The notes: generated from the letters alone by a model not told the origin. 64,000 nt of DNA from Acidobacteriota bacterium (GCA_021161905.1 JAGGZT010000060.1:776-64775); one strand, 5' to 3'; positions 47,897 through 58,010 are shown, counted from the first letter of the stretch. Translations and numbers: made by a program.

Positions 47897-49298
47897 CCTC
47901 TTCAGGGGCAGAAAGCGGGATACAGCGAATAGTGGCGGTAGTTTCCTCCTTTACCTTTTCCTCACAGACGGAATCACCACACCAGAATGCGCGGATGAAG
48001 CCACCTTTGTTCTTTATTACCTCCTTGAATTCATCGTAGGTCTCTACTTGGTGAGTATTCTCTTCGCGGAACTTAAGAGCACGGGCGAAAAGATCCTTCT
48101 GTATTTCTTTGAGGATGATTCCCACCTTCTCTATCATCTCATTTTGGGGAATGAATATCTTTTCTCGATTATCCCTTCGAACCAGAACCACTTGGTTCTT
48201 TTCTATATCCTTTGGTCCCACCTCAAGTCTCATCGGCACGCCCTTAAGTTCCCATTCGCTGAATTTCCACCCCGGGCTATAGGTGGTGCGGAGATCAGCC
48301 TTTACCCGGAAGCCCGCCTCCTTTAAGGTTTTCTCCAATTCTTCTGCCTTGGAGAGGACCCTCTCTTCCCAGCCAGAGGCAGGGATGGGCACTATCACCA
48401 AGTGGATTGGGGCTACCATTGGAGGGATTATCAAGCCAGAGTCATCTCCATGGGTCATTACCAAGGCGCCGATGAGCCGACTGGACACACCCCAAGAGGT
48501 CTGCCAAGCGTATTTCAATTTTTGGTCTTTATCTTCGAACCTTATGCCAAATGCCTTGGCGAAGTGTTGTCCTAAGTTGTGGGTAGTGCCCGCTTGGAGC
48601 GCCTTTCCGTCAGCCATAAGTGCTTCGATGGTATAGGTCTGGACTGCACCAGCAAACCGCTCTCCTTCCGTCTTCACTCCGGGGATGACCGGGATAGCGA
48701 GGTAGTCCTCAGCCAGACGACGGTATATCTCGAGAATCTTTAACGCTTCCTCCTCCGCTTCCTTTTCCGTGGCGTGTACCGTATGCCCTTCCTGCCAGAG
48801 GAACTCGGTGGTTCGGAGGAAGAGCCGGGTTACCTTTTCCCAGCGGACGACATTCGCCCACTGGTTTATAAGGAGGGGTAGATCGCGCCACGATTTGACC
48901 CATTTGGCGTACATACTGCAGATTATCGCCTCTGAGGTGGGACGAACAGCCAATCGTTCCTCGAGCTCCTCGTCCCCGCCCGCTGTTACCCAGGCTACCT
49001 GAGGGGCGAAACCAGCCACATGCTCCGCCTCTTTTTTGAGGAAACTCTCAGGGATGAATAGGGGAAAATAGGCGTTCATATGGCCCGTTTCCTTGAGTTT
49101 CTTATCCAGAACATCCCTGATGTTTTCCCAGAGGGCAAAACCGTAAGGCTGGATTACCATACATCCCTTTATCGGAGAATAATCAGCGAGCTCTGCTTTT
49201 CTCACCACATCCACATACCACCGAGAAAAATCCTCAGATTTGGGAGTGATTTCAGTTACAAACCTTTCCTTTTCCGTAGCCATTGAATACCCCTCCAT
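47832..49298 (-). CDS. proS: Prolyl-tRNA synthetase, archaeal/eukaryal-like (short) type.
   Basis: Class II aaRS motifs; about 480 aa without the bacterial INS editing domain; C-terminal zinc-binding domain (CGDSVCE...CIRCGK). Confidence 0.9.
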   Translation of the reverse strand: MEGYSMATEKERFVTEITPKSEDFSRWYVDVVRKAELADYSPIKGCMVIQPYGFALWENIRDVLDKKLKETGHMNAYFPLFIPESFLKKEAEHVAGFAPQVAWVTAGGDEELEERLAVRPTSEAIICSMYAKWVKSWRDLPLLINQWANVVRWEKVTRLFLRTTEFLWQEGHTVHATEKEAEEEALKILEIYRRLAEDYLAIPVIPGVKTEGERFAGAVQTYTIEALMADGKALQAGTTHNLGQHFAKAFGIRFEDKDQKLKYAWQTSWGVSSRLIGALVMTHGDDSGLIIPPMVAPIHLVIVPIPASGWEERVLSKAEELEKTLKEAGFRVKADLRTTYSPGWKFSEWELKGVPMRLEVGPKDIEKNQVVLVRRDNREKIFIPQNEMIEKVGIILKEIQKDLFARALKFREENTHQVETYDEFKEVIKNKGGFIRAFWCGDSVCEEKVKEETTATIRCIPLSAPEEDGKCIRCGKQARKKVYFAKAY

Positions 49299-49416
49299 TT
49301 ATGCGAAATAAATCCCTCTAAGCGGGCACTTACTTTCTTTATCATATTGGATGATGAGATGTCAACACGAAGGATGAGTTGACAGGCGATGAAGCTTAAG
49401 CTATTGTAGTTTTGTA

Positions 49417-50355
49417 TTGGACAGTGATCGTGGTCGATCAATGAAGAGAAAAAAAAGATATCCTGAAAGTATTGTTTTTGCACTGGTGTTTTTCATCAGC
49501 ACTTTCTGCTTAGGAAACGATATCGAGAAGCTCCTTCCTTCGTCTTCGGATGTTTTTCCCTTTAAACCCCAGGGGAAGCCTTTGAGATTCAAAGGGGAGG
49601 GGTTATACGACTTCATAGATGGAGGGGCGGAGATATACTTTGAGTACGGCTTTACCGAAGCATTGAGCCAGGAGTATACCGATGGTAAGCTGACTATCAG
49701 CATCACCATCTACCTGATGAAGGACGAGGAAGCCGCTTTCGGCATCTACTCGGCTAACAGGAAAGTGGGAAAGAAGAGGATAAAAATAGGGGGGGAGGGG
49801 GTCGTAAGTGATTTCATGCTCCTATTCTGGCAAGAGAGGTTTTATGTGGTGATTGAGACTTTTAATCCTGGAGCAAGAGCGAAAAAAGAGATGATTCGGA
49901 TGGCTCGTCTTGTGTCGAGGAAGATTGGTAGAATAGGTGTTCCACCTTCTATTCTCGCTCGTCTTCCTAAGGGCAACCTTATTCCCGGAAGCGAGGTATT
50001 CGTTCGCGGCACCTTGGGAATCAACAACCAGTTTTTTTTCTCTGAGAAGGACCCTTTCCGATTGAAGAAGATGGGGGGAGAAGGGGCTTTTGCCGACTAT
50101 CGTTTTCCCGATGGAGATAGGTTCAAGTTGTTCCTCGTTCGTTACTCTAGAAAAGAGGATGTTTTCTTGGCTCTTTCTCGCCTCGAGGCTATATGGAGAA
50201 AGCAAGGGTTTGTAAAAGAGCAAAAGAATAAAATAGCCTTTTGGCGATACAGGGCGGGCTATTACTTAGTCAAGAAAAGCGGTAATTTCCTTTCGATAGT
50301 TCTTGGAGCCCGGAACAAAGAAAACGGTTTAAAAATAATTAACCTTTGTCCTTAG
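49417..50355 (+). CDS. Secreted protein of unknown function.
   Basis: Internal Met followed by signal peptide (MKRKKRYPESIVFALVFFISTFCLG); no recognisable family motif. Confidence 0.5.
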   Translation: MDSDRGRSMKRKKRYPESIVFALVFFISTFCLGNDIEKLLPSSSDVFPFKPQGKPLRFKGEGLYDFIDGGAEIYFEYGFTEALSQEYTDGKLTISITIYLMKDEEAAFGIYSANRKVGKKRIKIGGEGVVSDFMLLFWQERFYVVIETFNPGARAKKEMIRMARLVSRKIGRIGVPPSILARLPKGNLIPGSEVFVRGTLGINNQFFFSEKDPFRLKKMGGEGAFADYRFPDGDRFKLFLVRYSRKEDVFLALSRLEAIWRKQGFVKEQKNKIAFWRYRAGYYLVKKSGNFLSIVLGARNKENGLKIINLCP

Positions 50356-50364
50356 GAGAGAAGA

Positions 50365-51273
50365 ATGGAGAGGACAAGGCGAGAGTTTTTGCTTTCTTTG
50401 AGTGCTTTGGGTATGGGGGCAGTTCTTCCTTCTTCGCTTCTTGAGCCTTTTTTCTCGAGCCCCTCTCCGGGGATAAAACCGTTGGTGGTGGTTAAGGGGA
50501 GTTCCCCTTACGATATTACCAAAAAGGCGATCGAGGCTATTGGTGGGATAAAAAGGTTTGTTTCCCGTAATGACATCGTGGTGATAAAGCCCAATATGAG
50601 CTGGGATCGACTGCCAGAACAGGCGGCTAATACCAATCCGATGGTAGTGAAGGCGGTGGTTGAGCTCTGCTATCAAGCGGGAGCGAAGAAGGTGAAGGTG
50701 TTTGACAATTCCATAAATAATGCTCGAAGGTGTTATGTGAGAAGCGGTATCGCCGAGGCGGCACGGGAGGCAGGGGCGGATGTTCATTTCGTCGATCGGC
50801 GGAAATTTCGGCGGATGAAGGTAGGGGGGCAAGCGCTTTCTGAATGGTTCATCTACACCGAGGCGGTGGAGGCGGACAAGCTCATCAATATACCCATAGC
50901 CAAAGACCACAGCCTAACCAGGCTGACGATGGGGATGAAGAATTTCATCGGATTCTGTGGTGGGAGAAGAAGCAGGCTTCATCAAAGGATCCACCAGGTA
51001 ATTGCCGATCTTGCCAATTTCTTTAAACCAACCCTGGTGGTGCTCGATGCCACCAGGATACTCACCGCTAATGGACCTCAGGGAGGCGATCTTTCCTATG
51101 TTAAAAGGCTTGATATGGTAATCGTGGGAGAAGATCAGGTGGCGGTAGATGCTTATGGAGCTACCCTGTTTGGGATCTCTCCAGGTGATATAGGCTACAT
51201 CAGGATAGCCCGCGATATGGGCCTCGGTGTGATGGACCTCAATAAGGTTCCTATAAAGAGACTTACTGTTTGA
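50365..51273 (+). CDS. DUF362-family protein with a twin-arginine (Tat) signal.
   Basis: MERTRREFLLSLSALGMGAV Tat motif; DUF362-like core (IVVIKPNMSW...); overlaps the downstream polyferredoxin gene by 4 nt. Confidence 0.65.
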   Translation: MERTRREFLLSLSALGMGAVLPSSLLEPFFSSPSPGIKPLVVVKGSSPYDITKKAIEAIGGIKRFVSRNDIVVIKPNMSWDRLPEQAANTNPMVVKAVVELCYQAGAKKVKVFDNSINNARRCYVRSGIAEAAREAGADVHFVDRRKFRRMKVGGQALSEWFIYTEAVEADKLINIPIAKDHSLTRLTMGMKNFIGFCGGRRSRLHQRIHQVIADLANFFKPTLVVLDATRILTANGPQGGDLSYVKRLDMVIVGEDQVAVDAYGATLFGISPGDIGYIRIARDMGLGVMDLNKVPIKRLTV

Positions 51274-52478
51274 AATCTATCACCTTCCTAACGATGAGGA
51301 ATTTAAGAAGGATAGTTCAGATAGGTTTTTTCCTTCTATTCGTCTGGCTTCTCATCCGGACAGAATATGCTGGTAAGAACGAGATTCCTTATCCAGTTAA
51401 GATTTTCTTTGACTTCGATCCCCTTATCAGCTTAGCTAACATACTCGCCTTCAAGGGTATTCCTCCCCTTTTCCCTAAGGTTATGGCTCTTTCCCTTATT
51501 GTAGTCGGCATTACCCTTCTTTTTGGACGGGTATTTTGTGGTTGGGTCTGTCCCCTCGGCGCCATTAATAACTTCTTTAGCTATTTGAAAAAACGGAAAT
51601 TAACTGAGGCGGTTTTCCTCTCTTCCTATCATCGAGGACAACGGGTTAAATATCTCATTCTGGTGATACTCCTCGTCGCTTCCTTCTTCGGGCTTCAGCT
51701 TACCGGCTTTCTCGACCCCTTTTCCCTCCTCATAAGGAGCGCTGCGGTAAGCATAAATCCAGCGGTAAATTACCTGATCCGGGGGGTATTCGACGCTGTT
51801 TACTCAGGGGTACCCCTCCTTACCCCGATTAGTGAACCGATCTATTCCTTTTTGCAAGACCATTATCTTTCGTTCAATCAACCATACTTCCAATGGTCTT
51901 TCCTGATAGGGGCGATTTTCATCCTGATCATCCTTCTAAATCTTGTCCGCCCCCGGTTTTGGTGTAGGTATCTCTGCCCTTTGGGGGCTCTTCTGGGGAT
52001 ACTTTCCCGTTACTCCCTCTTCAGATTGAAGTTTGCTTCCGGGTGCGTTGATTGTAATCTCTGTGTTGCTCTCTGCCCTGCAGCTGCCGAGCCGAAGGGG
52101 GAAGATGCTTGGCGGAGCAGTGAGTGCTTCGTCTGTTATAATTGTGTCGCTTCTTGTCCAGAGAAGGTGCTTTCCTTTCGTTTTTCCCTTCCCCGGCGTA
52201 GGGAGCCGGGACTTGACCTTTCGCGAAGGGAGCTTATCTATTCAGCGGTGGCGGGTTTGGGGATTGTTCCTTTAGTGAAGGTTGGTGCTACTTATAAGAA
52301 GCCAAACCCCACCCTGCTCAGGCCTCCGGGAGCGCTCATCGAAGAGGAGTTCCTCAAGAGGTGCATCCGTTGTGGCGAGTGTATGAAAGTCTGTCTAAAT
52401 AACGCCCTTCATCCCACCCTTTTTGAGGCAGGGCTTGAAGGGATGTTCACCCCACGCCTGATCCCCAAGCTGGGGTAA
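51270..52478 (+). CDS. Membrane-bound polyferredoxin (NapH/MauN-like), N-terminal portion, ending at an in-frame TAA.
   Basis: TM helices with CGWVCPLGA and CRYLCPLGA motifs, then CVDCNLCVALCP, CFVCYNCVASCP, CIRCGECMKVC ferredoxin motifs. Confidence 0.7.
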   Translation: MKSITFLTMRNLRRIVQIGFFLLFVWLLIRTEYAGKNEIPYPVKIFFDFDPLISLANILAFKGIPPLFPKVMALSLIVVGITLLFGRVFCGWVCPLGAINNFFSYLKKRKLTEAVFLSSYHRGQRVKYLILVILLVASFFGLQLTGFLDPFSLLIRSAAVSINPAVNYLIRGVFDAVYSGVPLLTPISEPIYSFLQDHYLSFNQPYFQWSFLIGAIFILIILLNLVRPRFWCRYLCPLGALLGILSRYSLFRLKFASGCVDCNLCVALCPAAAEPKGEDAWRSSECFVCYNCVASCPEKVLSFRFSLPRRREPGLDLSRRELIYSAVAGLGIVPLVKVGATYKKPNPTLLRPPGALIEEEFLKRCIRCGECMKVCLNNALHPTLFEAGLEGMFTPRLIPKLG

Positions 52479-52856
52479 TGTGAGTACTATTGTACCCTTT
52501 GTGGTCAAGTCTGTCCCACCGGTGCCATCCGCGAGCTCACTATGGAGGAGAAGACGAAGACGAAGATCGGGCTGGCGATTATAGATAAGAGCAGATGTCT
52601 TCCCCATGCTTTTGGAGTGAACTGCGTGGTCTGTGAGGAGGTCTGCCCCACTCCGAAGAAGGCTATCTGGTTCGAGGAGGATGAGGTGATCGATCGGGAG
52701 GGGAAGAAGGTAGTGGTAAAAAAGCCCCATGTTGACCCTGAACTATGCGTAGGTTGTGGCATCTGCGAGTATAAATGCCCGGTAGTCGAGAAACCTGCTA
52801 TCTTCGTTATCAATATGAATGAATCCCGAGACCCTGATAAGCAACTTCTGCTTTAG
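52479..52856 (+). pseudogene. Same-frame continuation of the polyferredoxin after the TAA at 52476-78. It contains three more ferredoxin Cys motifs and the only possible start codon is the ATG at 52542.
   Basis: CEYYCTLCGQVCP is encoded in frame at 52479-52517, upstream of the first possible start at 52542; CVVCEEVCP and CVGCGICEYKCP follow. Confidence 0.5.
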
Positions 52857-52867
52857 GTGAGGATTTT

Positions 52868-53947
52868 CTATGAAGGACTTATTCCTTTGAGAAGTTCCTC
52901 TACTTCTTTGACCAGTGCCTCTACCGCTTCTTTTTCTTTTACTTTGCGGATGATCTCGCCCCGACGGAAGATGATACCTTCTCCCTTACCACCGGCAAAG
53001 CCGACATCTGCTTCTCTCGCCTCGCCAGGACCGTTCACCACACAGCCCATTATCGCCACCTTCAGGGGGAAGGTGATGTGGGAAAGCCTTTTTTCTACCT
53101 CGGTGGCGAGTTTTGCCACATCGATCTCACAGCGCCCACAGGTAGGGCAGGAGATTATCTCCACCCCTCGTTTTCTGATCCCAAGGGAGGAGAGGATGTA
53201 GTAGCCCACTCGCACCTCGTCCACCGGGTCTCCGGTTAAGGAGACGCGAATGGTATCGCCGATCCCTTGCGCGAGAAGAAGGGAGAGCCCAACCGTCGAT
53301 TTTACTACTCCCCTTAATCCACCACCTGCCTCAGTTATCCCTAAATGGAGGGGGTAATCCACCTGCTCGGAGATGAGTTGATAGGCTCGAGTCGTCGTCT
53401 CCACATCAGAGGACTTGAGTGAGATGATGATATCGCGAAAATCCAGATCCTCGAGCATACGGATATGGGAAAGGGCACTTTCAACCATCGCCTCTGGTGT
53501 TGGATGTCCGTATTTTCGGAGGAGCTCCCTCGATAGGGAGCCGGCGTTCACTCCGATCCTTATCGGGATCCCTCGTTCCTTCGCCGCCTTTACCACCTCC
53601 CGAACCCTCTCTTCTCCACCGATATTCCCCGGATTTATCCTGATCTTATCCGCTCCCGCCTCGATCGCAAGGAGCGCCAAGCGATAGTTGAAGTGAATGT
53701 CAGCAACCAGAGGGACATCAGCCATTTTTCTTCTTATCTTGCTGAAAGCGGATGCTGCCTCTTCATCCGGTATCGCTATCCGCACTATCTCACAGCCAGC
53801 GGTAACCAGTTCCTTTATCTGGGAGATGGTCTTTTCCACATTTCGGGTATCGGTCTTGGTCATCGACTGAACGGAGATAGGCGCTCCTCCACCTATCTCT
53901 ATCTTTCCTACCTTAATCCGGCGTGTTTTTTCCCTTTCCATCAGCAT
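52868..53947 (-). CDS. ispG: 4-hydroxy-3-methylbut-2-en-1-yl diphosphate synthase (GcpE).
   Basis: TIM-barrel N-terminus plus C-terminal [4Fe-4S] domain with CPTCGRC; 359 aa. Confidence 0.9.
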   Translation of the reverse strand: MLMEREKTRRIKVGKIEIGGGAPISVQSMTKTDTRNVEKTISQIKELVTAGCEIVRIAIPDEEAASAFSKIRRKMADVPLVADIHFNYRLALLAIEAGADKIRINPGNIGGEERVREVVKAAKERGIPIRIGVNAGSLSRELLRKYGHPTPEAMVESALSHIRMLEDLDFRDIIISLKSSDVETTTRAYQLISEQVDYPLHLGITEAGGGLRGVVKSTVGLSLLLAQGIGDTIRVSLTGDPVDEVRVGYYILSSLGIRKRGVEIISCPTCGRCEIDVAKLATEVEKRLSHITFPLKVAIMGCVVNGPGEAREADVGFAGGKGEGIIFRRGEIIRKVKEKEAVEALVKEVEELLKGISPS

Positions 53948-53948
53948 A

Positions 53949-55247
53949 TTAGCGAGCCACCAATTTGCTTATATCGAGGTAGATCACCAGAAGGCTGATC
54001 AGAAGCAATATGATAAAACCGAGTTGCAGTATCCTTTCCTTTACCCGCTGGTTCAGATCTCGGCGGATGATCCCCTCGACGGCGAGAATGAATATGTGCC
54101 CTCCATCAAGTACCGGAATGGGGAGAAGGTTGAATATCCCAAGCTGTAGGCTGACAAAGGCGATGAATTGGAGCAACGGGATGAGGCCTAACCTCATTGC
54201 CGTTCCCGAGAAGCGGGCGATCTCAATGGGACCAGAAAGAACCCGGACGGACATCTTCTGCATCACCAGCCGTTCCATCACCTCGAGGGTGAGAAATGCC
54301 ATATCGTAATTCTTCTTCAAACTTTTTTCTATCGCTTCTCCCAGGGGATATTTTTTCGTCTTCATCCTTACCGGGGCGTTTATTCCTACCAGGAATATCC
54401 CGTTCTTCTTTATCGGGGTGAGGGTTACTTCGAAGATGTTTTCGCCTCTTTTTACCTTGAGGGTGATGGGTTTTCCCTTGCTTTCTTGGATAAGTCGATA
54501 CATATCATAGAAGTGGTGGATCGGAGTACCCGAGAGGGAAAGGATGATGTCTCCCTTTCTGAGCCCTGCTTTTTCTGCTGGCATTCCCTTCTGAACACCA
54601 TCCACTAAAGGGGGGATAGGTTCCATTAAACCAGCGTAGCCGATATATCGCGGAGGGATTGGCTTTGGGGTCAAGGTGAGAGAAAGTTCTTTTCCTCCTC
54701 TTTTTATCTTTAATCGAAGGGGGTGATTGGGGCTGGTATTTATTAGAAGTTGAAGTTCCTCCCAGGTGTCTATTCTTTTGCCATCCACCTCTAAGATTCT
54801 ATCCCCCGGTTTTATCCCCGCCTTCTCTGCTGGAGAACCGATAGCAATCGCCCCGATGACCGGAGGCTGATCGAAATGGCTCGGTATCTCTATACCGGCG
54901 TTATAGACTATGGCGAGGAAGACGATCGCTAAGAGGATGTTCAACCCTGGTCCCATAATTAGCACCATGAAGCGCCGGCTTTTCGGTTGGGCGAGGAAGG
55001 AACGGGGATCATCTGCCCCTTTCTCTCCTGGGCTTTCTCCGTAAAGTTTCACATAGCCCCCGAAAGGAACAGCGCTTATCCGATAGTCGGTTTCCCCTCT
55101 TTTGACCCCTACTAAGCGGGGTCCAAAGCCGATGGAGAAGGTTTCCACCCTTATACCAAAGGCTTTGGCAGTGGCGAAATGGCCGAACTCGTGAATTATG
55201 ATCAGCAATCCGAGGACGAGAATGATGGCAATGATGTTTAATAACAC
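53949..55247 (-). CDS. rseP: RIP site-2 metalloprotease RseP (M50 family) with PDZ domains.
   Basis: HEFGHF zinc motif in TM1, two PDZ domains, C-terminal LDGG motif. Confidence 0.9.
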   Translation of the reverse strand: MLLNIIAIILVLGLLIIIHEFGHFATAKAFGIRVETFSIGFGPRLVGVKRGETDYRISAVPFGGYVKLYGESPGEKGADDPRSFLAQPKSRRFMVLIMGPGLNILLAIVFLAIVYNAGIEIPSHFDQPPVIGAIAIGSPAEKAGIKPGDRILEVDGKRIDTWEELQLLINTSPNHPLRLKIKRGGKELSLTLTPKPIPPRYIGYAGLMEPIPPLVDGVQKGMPAEKAGLRKGDIILSLSGTPIHHFYDMYRLIQESKGKPITLKVKRGENIFEVTLTPIKKNGIFLVGINAPVRMKTKKYPLGEAIEKSLKKNYDMAFLTLEVMERLVMQKMSVRVLSGPIEIARFSGTAMRLGLIPLLQFIAFVSLQLGIFNLLPIPVLDGGHIFILAVEGIIRRDLNQRVKERILQLGFIILLLISLLVIYLDISKLVAR

Positions 55248-55262
55248 TTTATTCCTCCTAAA

Positions 55263-56420
55263 TTAGGATAGCTCTTCTGCTATCTTCTTCGCCTCTTTTC
55301 TTGCCCATTGCTCTGCTTCAAGCACCGTTTCGAGAGAGGATACTTCTTTTTTATGGTGCTTTTCCATTGTTTTCTCCACCAATAGGGGTATTTTATCAAA
55401 GGTTATCCTCCCTGTAAGGAAGTATTCCACCGCCACTTCATCCGCGGTGGCGAGTACGGTTCTCATCGTACCTCCTTCCTTAAGGGCTTGGCGAGAAAGC
55501 CTTAAAGCAGGGAACTTGGTGATGTCCGGAGGTGAAAAAGAGAGAGCGATCGTTTTTTTAAAATCCAGCTTGGGAAAGGGGTTGGGGAGCCGTTCCGGAT
55601 AAGTTAGTGCATATTGAATGGGTATCCTCATATCAGGGAGGTTGAGTTCCCCTATTATCGAGCCATCGACGAACTCGACCAGTGAATGGACGATGCTCTG
55701 AGGATGAATGACCACCTCTATCTTATCTTCGGGAAGGCCAAAGAGAAAATGCGCCTCGATCACCTCGAGCCCCTTATTCATAAGGGTGGCGGAATCTATG
55801 GTTACCTTTTTCCCCATCTTCCAGCTTGGATGTCTAAGCGCCTCTTCCACGGTTACCTTACTCAATTTCGAAGGCTCGAGATTGAGGAATGGTCCCCCTG
55901 AGGCGGTGAGGATTATCCTTTTTACCTCCTCTTTTCTCCTTCCCTCGAGACACTGAAATAAGGCGCTGTGTTCACTATCGATGGGGAGAAGCCTCACCCC
56001 TTTTTTCGCCACTGAGGAGATTATCAATTCTCCCGCCATAATCAAGGTTTCCTTGTTGGCGAGAGCGATGTCCTTCCCCGCTTCTATCGCTTGCAGGGTG
56101 GGAATAAGGCCTACACTTCCTGAGGTGGCAACGACGACCAATTCCGCTGGAGGAAAGATAGCTACATTGACTAAGCCTTTATTCCCGTAGGTTATCTCGA
56201 CATCTTCGGATGAAATAAGATCCCTTAGTTCTCTTGCTTTTTCTTCATCCTTTACCGAGACGAGCTTAGGCTTGAATTCCCTGATCTGTTCGGCAAAGAG
56301 AGGGATATTCTCACCCGCAGCCAAAGCAACTATCTGGAAACGGTTCCTCTGGTTGCGTACTATGTCCAGGGTATTTCTTCCTATAGAGCCAGTTGCTCCT
56401 AAGATGGCGAGTTTCTTCAT
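55263..56420 (-). CDS. dxr: 1-deoxy-D-xylulose 5-phosphate reductoisomerase.
   Basis: N-terminal GATGSIG NADPH motif; 385 aa. Confidence 0.9.
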   Translation of the reverse strand: MKKLAILGATGSIGRNTLDIVRNQRNRFQIVALAAGENIPLFAEQIREFKPKLVSVKDEEKARELRDLISSEDVEITYGNKGLVNVAIFPPAELVVVATSGSVGLIPTLQAIEAGKDIALANKETLIMAGELIISSVAKKGVRLLPIDSEHSALFQCLEGRRKEEVKRIILTASGGPFLNLEPSKLSKVTVEEALRHPSWKMGKKVTIDSATLMNKGLEVIEAHFLFGLPEDKIEVVIHPQSIVHSLVEFVDGSIIGELNLPDMRIPIQYALTYPERLPNPFPKLDFKKTIALSFSPPDITKFPALRLSRQALKEGGTMRTVLATADEVAVEYFLTGRITFDKIPLLVEKTMEKHHKKEVSSLETVLEAEQWARKEAKKIAEELS

Positions 56421-56429
56421 CGTATCTCC

Positions 56430-57233
56430 TTACTTAAGGAAGAAGATATAGTAGTAATAAAAAACGGGTGTGGTGAAGATGAAACTGTCGATTCTATCCA
56501 ACACCCCACCGTGTCCTGGGAGTAGATTCGAGGAGTCCTTTACCCCTGCCCCTCGTTTGAACGCCGATTCACAGAGATCGCTTAGTTGAGCGAATATCCC
56601 CAGTACCACTGGAAGGATCAGAGCATGAGATAGCGGGATGAAGGAGGCAAACCACCACTTGGCAATTAATGAGGAGGATATGTTGAAAAGAAGCCCCCCG
56701 CCGAGCCCCTCAATAGTTTTCCCAGGACTGAGGGAGTAAAAGAGCTTATGTCGTCCGACCGATGTTCCAAGAATGTAAGCCCCTACATCTCCACTTGCCA
56801 CCACAAAGTAAAGATAAAAAAGAAGTGCCACCGCTTTTTCCCCCCCTCCTTCTACAAGCCTCAATGAAAATTGGTAGCCGAGAAGGAAGCCGATATAGAT
56901 CACACCGAACAGGGTTACCCCGATGGAGGCAGTCGTCTTTTCCCAATCACGGATGGTGAGGATAGAGAGGAGAGAAATTGCCATCACCGCGGAGGTGAGA
57001 AGTAGGTCCAACTGGATGTATTGGGTATAAAAGAAAAAGGAGACGATTAAAGTGGATACTATTCCCACCTTTTTTAACACGGGGAGTCCATTTTTCTCCG
57101 CTATTTCAAAGAACTCGACTGCTGCGAGATAAAGCCAGAAGAGGCCAAAGATGAAAAAGCAGATTGGAGGAAGAAATTTGACCACCACGATTATCATTGA
57201 GACGAGTAAAAGGCCAGTGATTACTCTTTTCAT
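56430..57233 (-). CDS. cdsA: Phosphatidate cytidylyltransferase.
   Basis: Polytopic membrane protein with CTP-transferase C-terminal signature (PGHGGVLDRIDS). Confidence 0.8.
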   Translation of the reverse strand: MKRVITGLLLVSMIIVVVKFLPPICFFIFGLFWLYLAAVEFFEIAEKNGLPVLKKVGIVSTLIVSFFFYTQYIQLDLLLTSAVMAISLLSILTIRDWEKTTASIGVTLFGVIYIGFLLGYQFSLRLVEGGGEKAVALLFYLYFVVASGDVGAYILGTSVGRHKLFYSLSPGKTIEGLGGGLLFNISSSLIAKWWFASFIPLSHALILPVVLGIFAQLSDLCESAFKRGAGVKDSSNLLPGHGGVLDRIDSFIFTTPVFYYYYIFFLK

Positions 57234-57242
57234 TGAACCTCC

Positions 57243-58010
57243 TCAAGGTTGTAGCCCGCCGAATCTTCGCTCCCTTTTTTGATAGTCGCGGATAGCTCGA
57301 AAGAGCTCTTTTTTAGTGAAATCGGGCCAGAGTGTTTCCGTGATCCAGAATTCGGTATAGGCGATCTGCCAAAGGAGAAAGTTGGATACCCGGAGCTCCC
57401 CACTTGTCCTTATTAGTAGATCAGGGTCGGGTATGCCCTCGGTATATAGAAAGGAGGAAAAAGTCTCCTCATTAATATCTATGTTTTTTTCTTTGGCAAG
57501 ACGGCAAAGTTTTTTTGCGGCGTCTATGATTTCCGCCCTTCCTCCATAATTCAAAGCGACAAGCAATTTTAACCCCGAGTTGTTCGCCGTTTTTCTCATC
57601 GTCTCTTTGAAGCTTTCTTTCACCTTTTCCGGAAGTTCTTCGAGCCTTCCAATAGCGCGGAGGAGTATGTTGTTTTCCAAAAGTGTTCTTTCCTCCCGGG
57701 CGAGGTATTCGGTGAGAAGATCCCATAGGGCGTTGATCTCGTCTTTGGGACGCCGCCAGTTTTCAACGGAGAAGGCGTAGAGAGTGAGGACTTCTATCTT
57801 CAGACGGGCACAAGCCTCTACCACCTCACGAACTGCTTCAATACCGGCTCGGTGCCCTGCGATTCGGGGAAGTCCTCTTTTGGCTGCCCATCTGCCATTT
57901 CCATCCATTATTATCGCTATATGCCGAGGCAGATTATCAGGATCTATCTCCGAAAGGATTTTGTACTCCTCACTTCCCGGTTCTGCCAGTTTAGGATCAA
58001 ACCATACCAT
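57243..58010 (-). CDS. uppS: Undecaprenyl diphosphate synthase (cis-prenyltransferase).
   Basis: HIAIIMDGNGRWA motif; 255 aa. Confidence 0.9.
   Translation of the reverse strand: MVWFDPKLAEPGSEEYKILSEIDPDNLPRHIAIIMDGNGRWAAKRGLPRIAGHRAGIEAVREVVEACARLKIEVLTLYAFSVENWRRPKDEINALWDLLTEYLAREERTLLENNILLRAIGRLEELPEKVKESFKETMRKTANNSGLKLLVALNYGGRAEIIDAAKKLCRLAKEKNIDINEETFSSFLYTEGIPDPDLLIRTSGELRVSNFLLWQIAYTEFWITETLWPDFTKKELFRAIRDYQKRERRFGGLQP

Noticed and set aside
52476-52478. Whether the in-frame stop in the polyferredoxin could be a selenocysteine or recoded codon
   Set aside because: The codon is TAA, not TGA. There is no SECIS-like hairpin downstream, and no known bacterial code reassigns TAA. Sequencing error, nonsense mutation or a split gene are more plausible.
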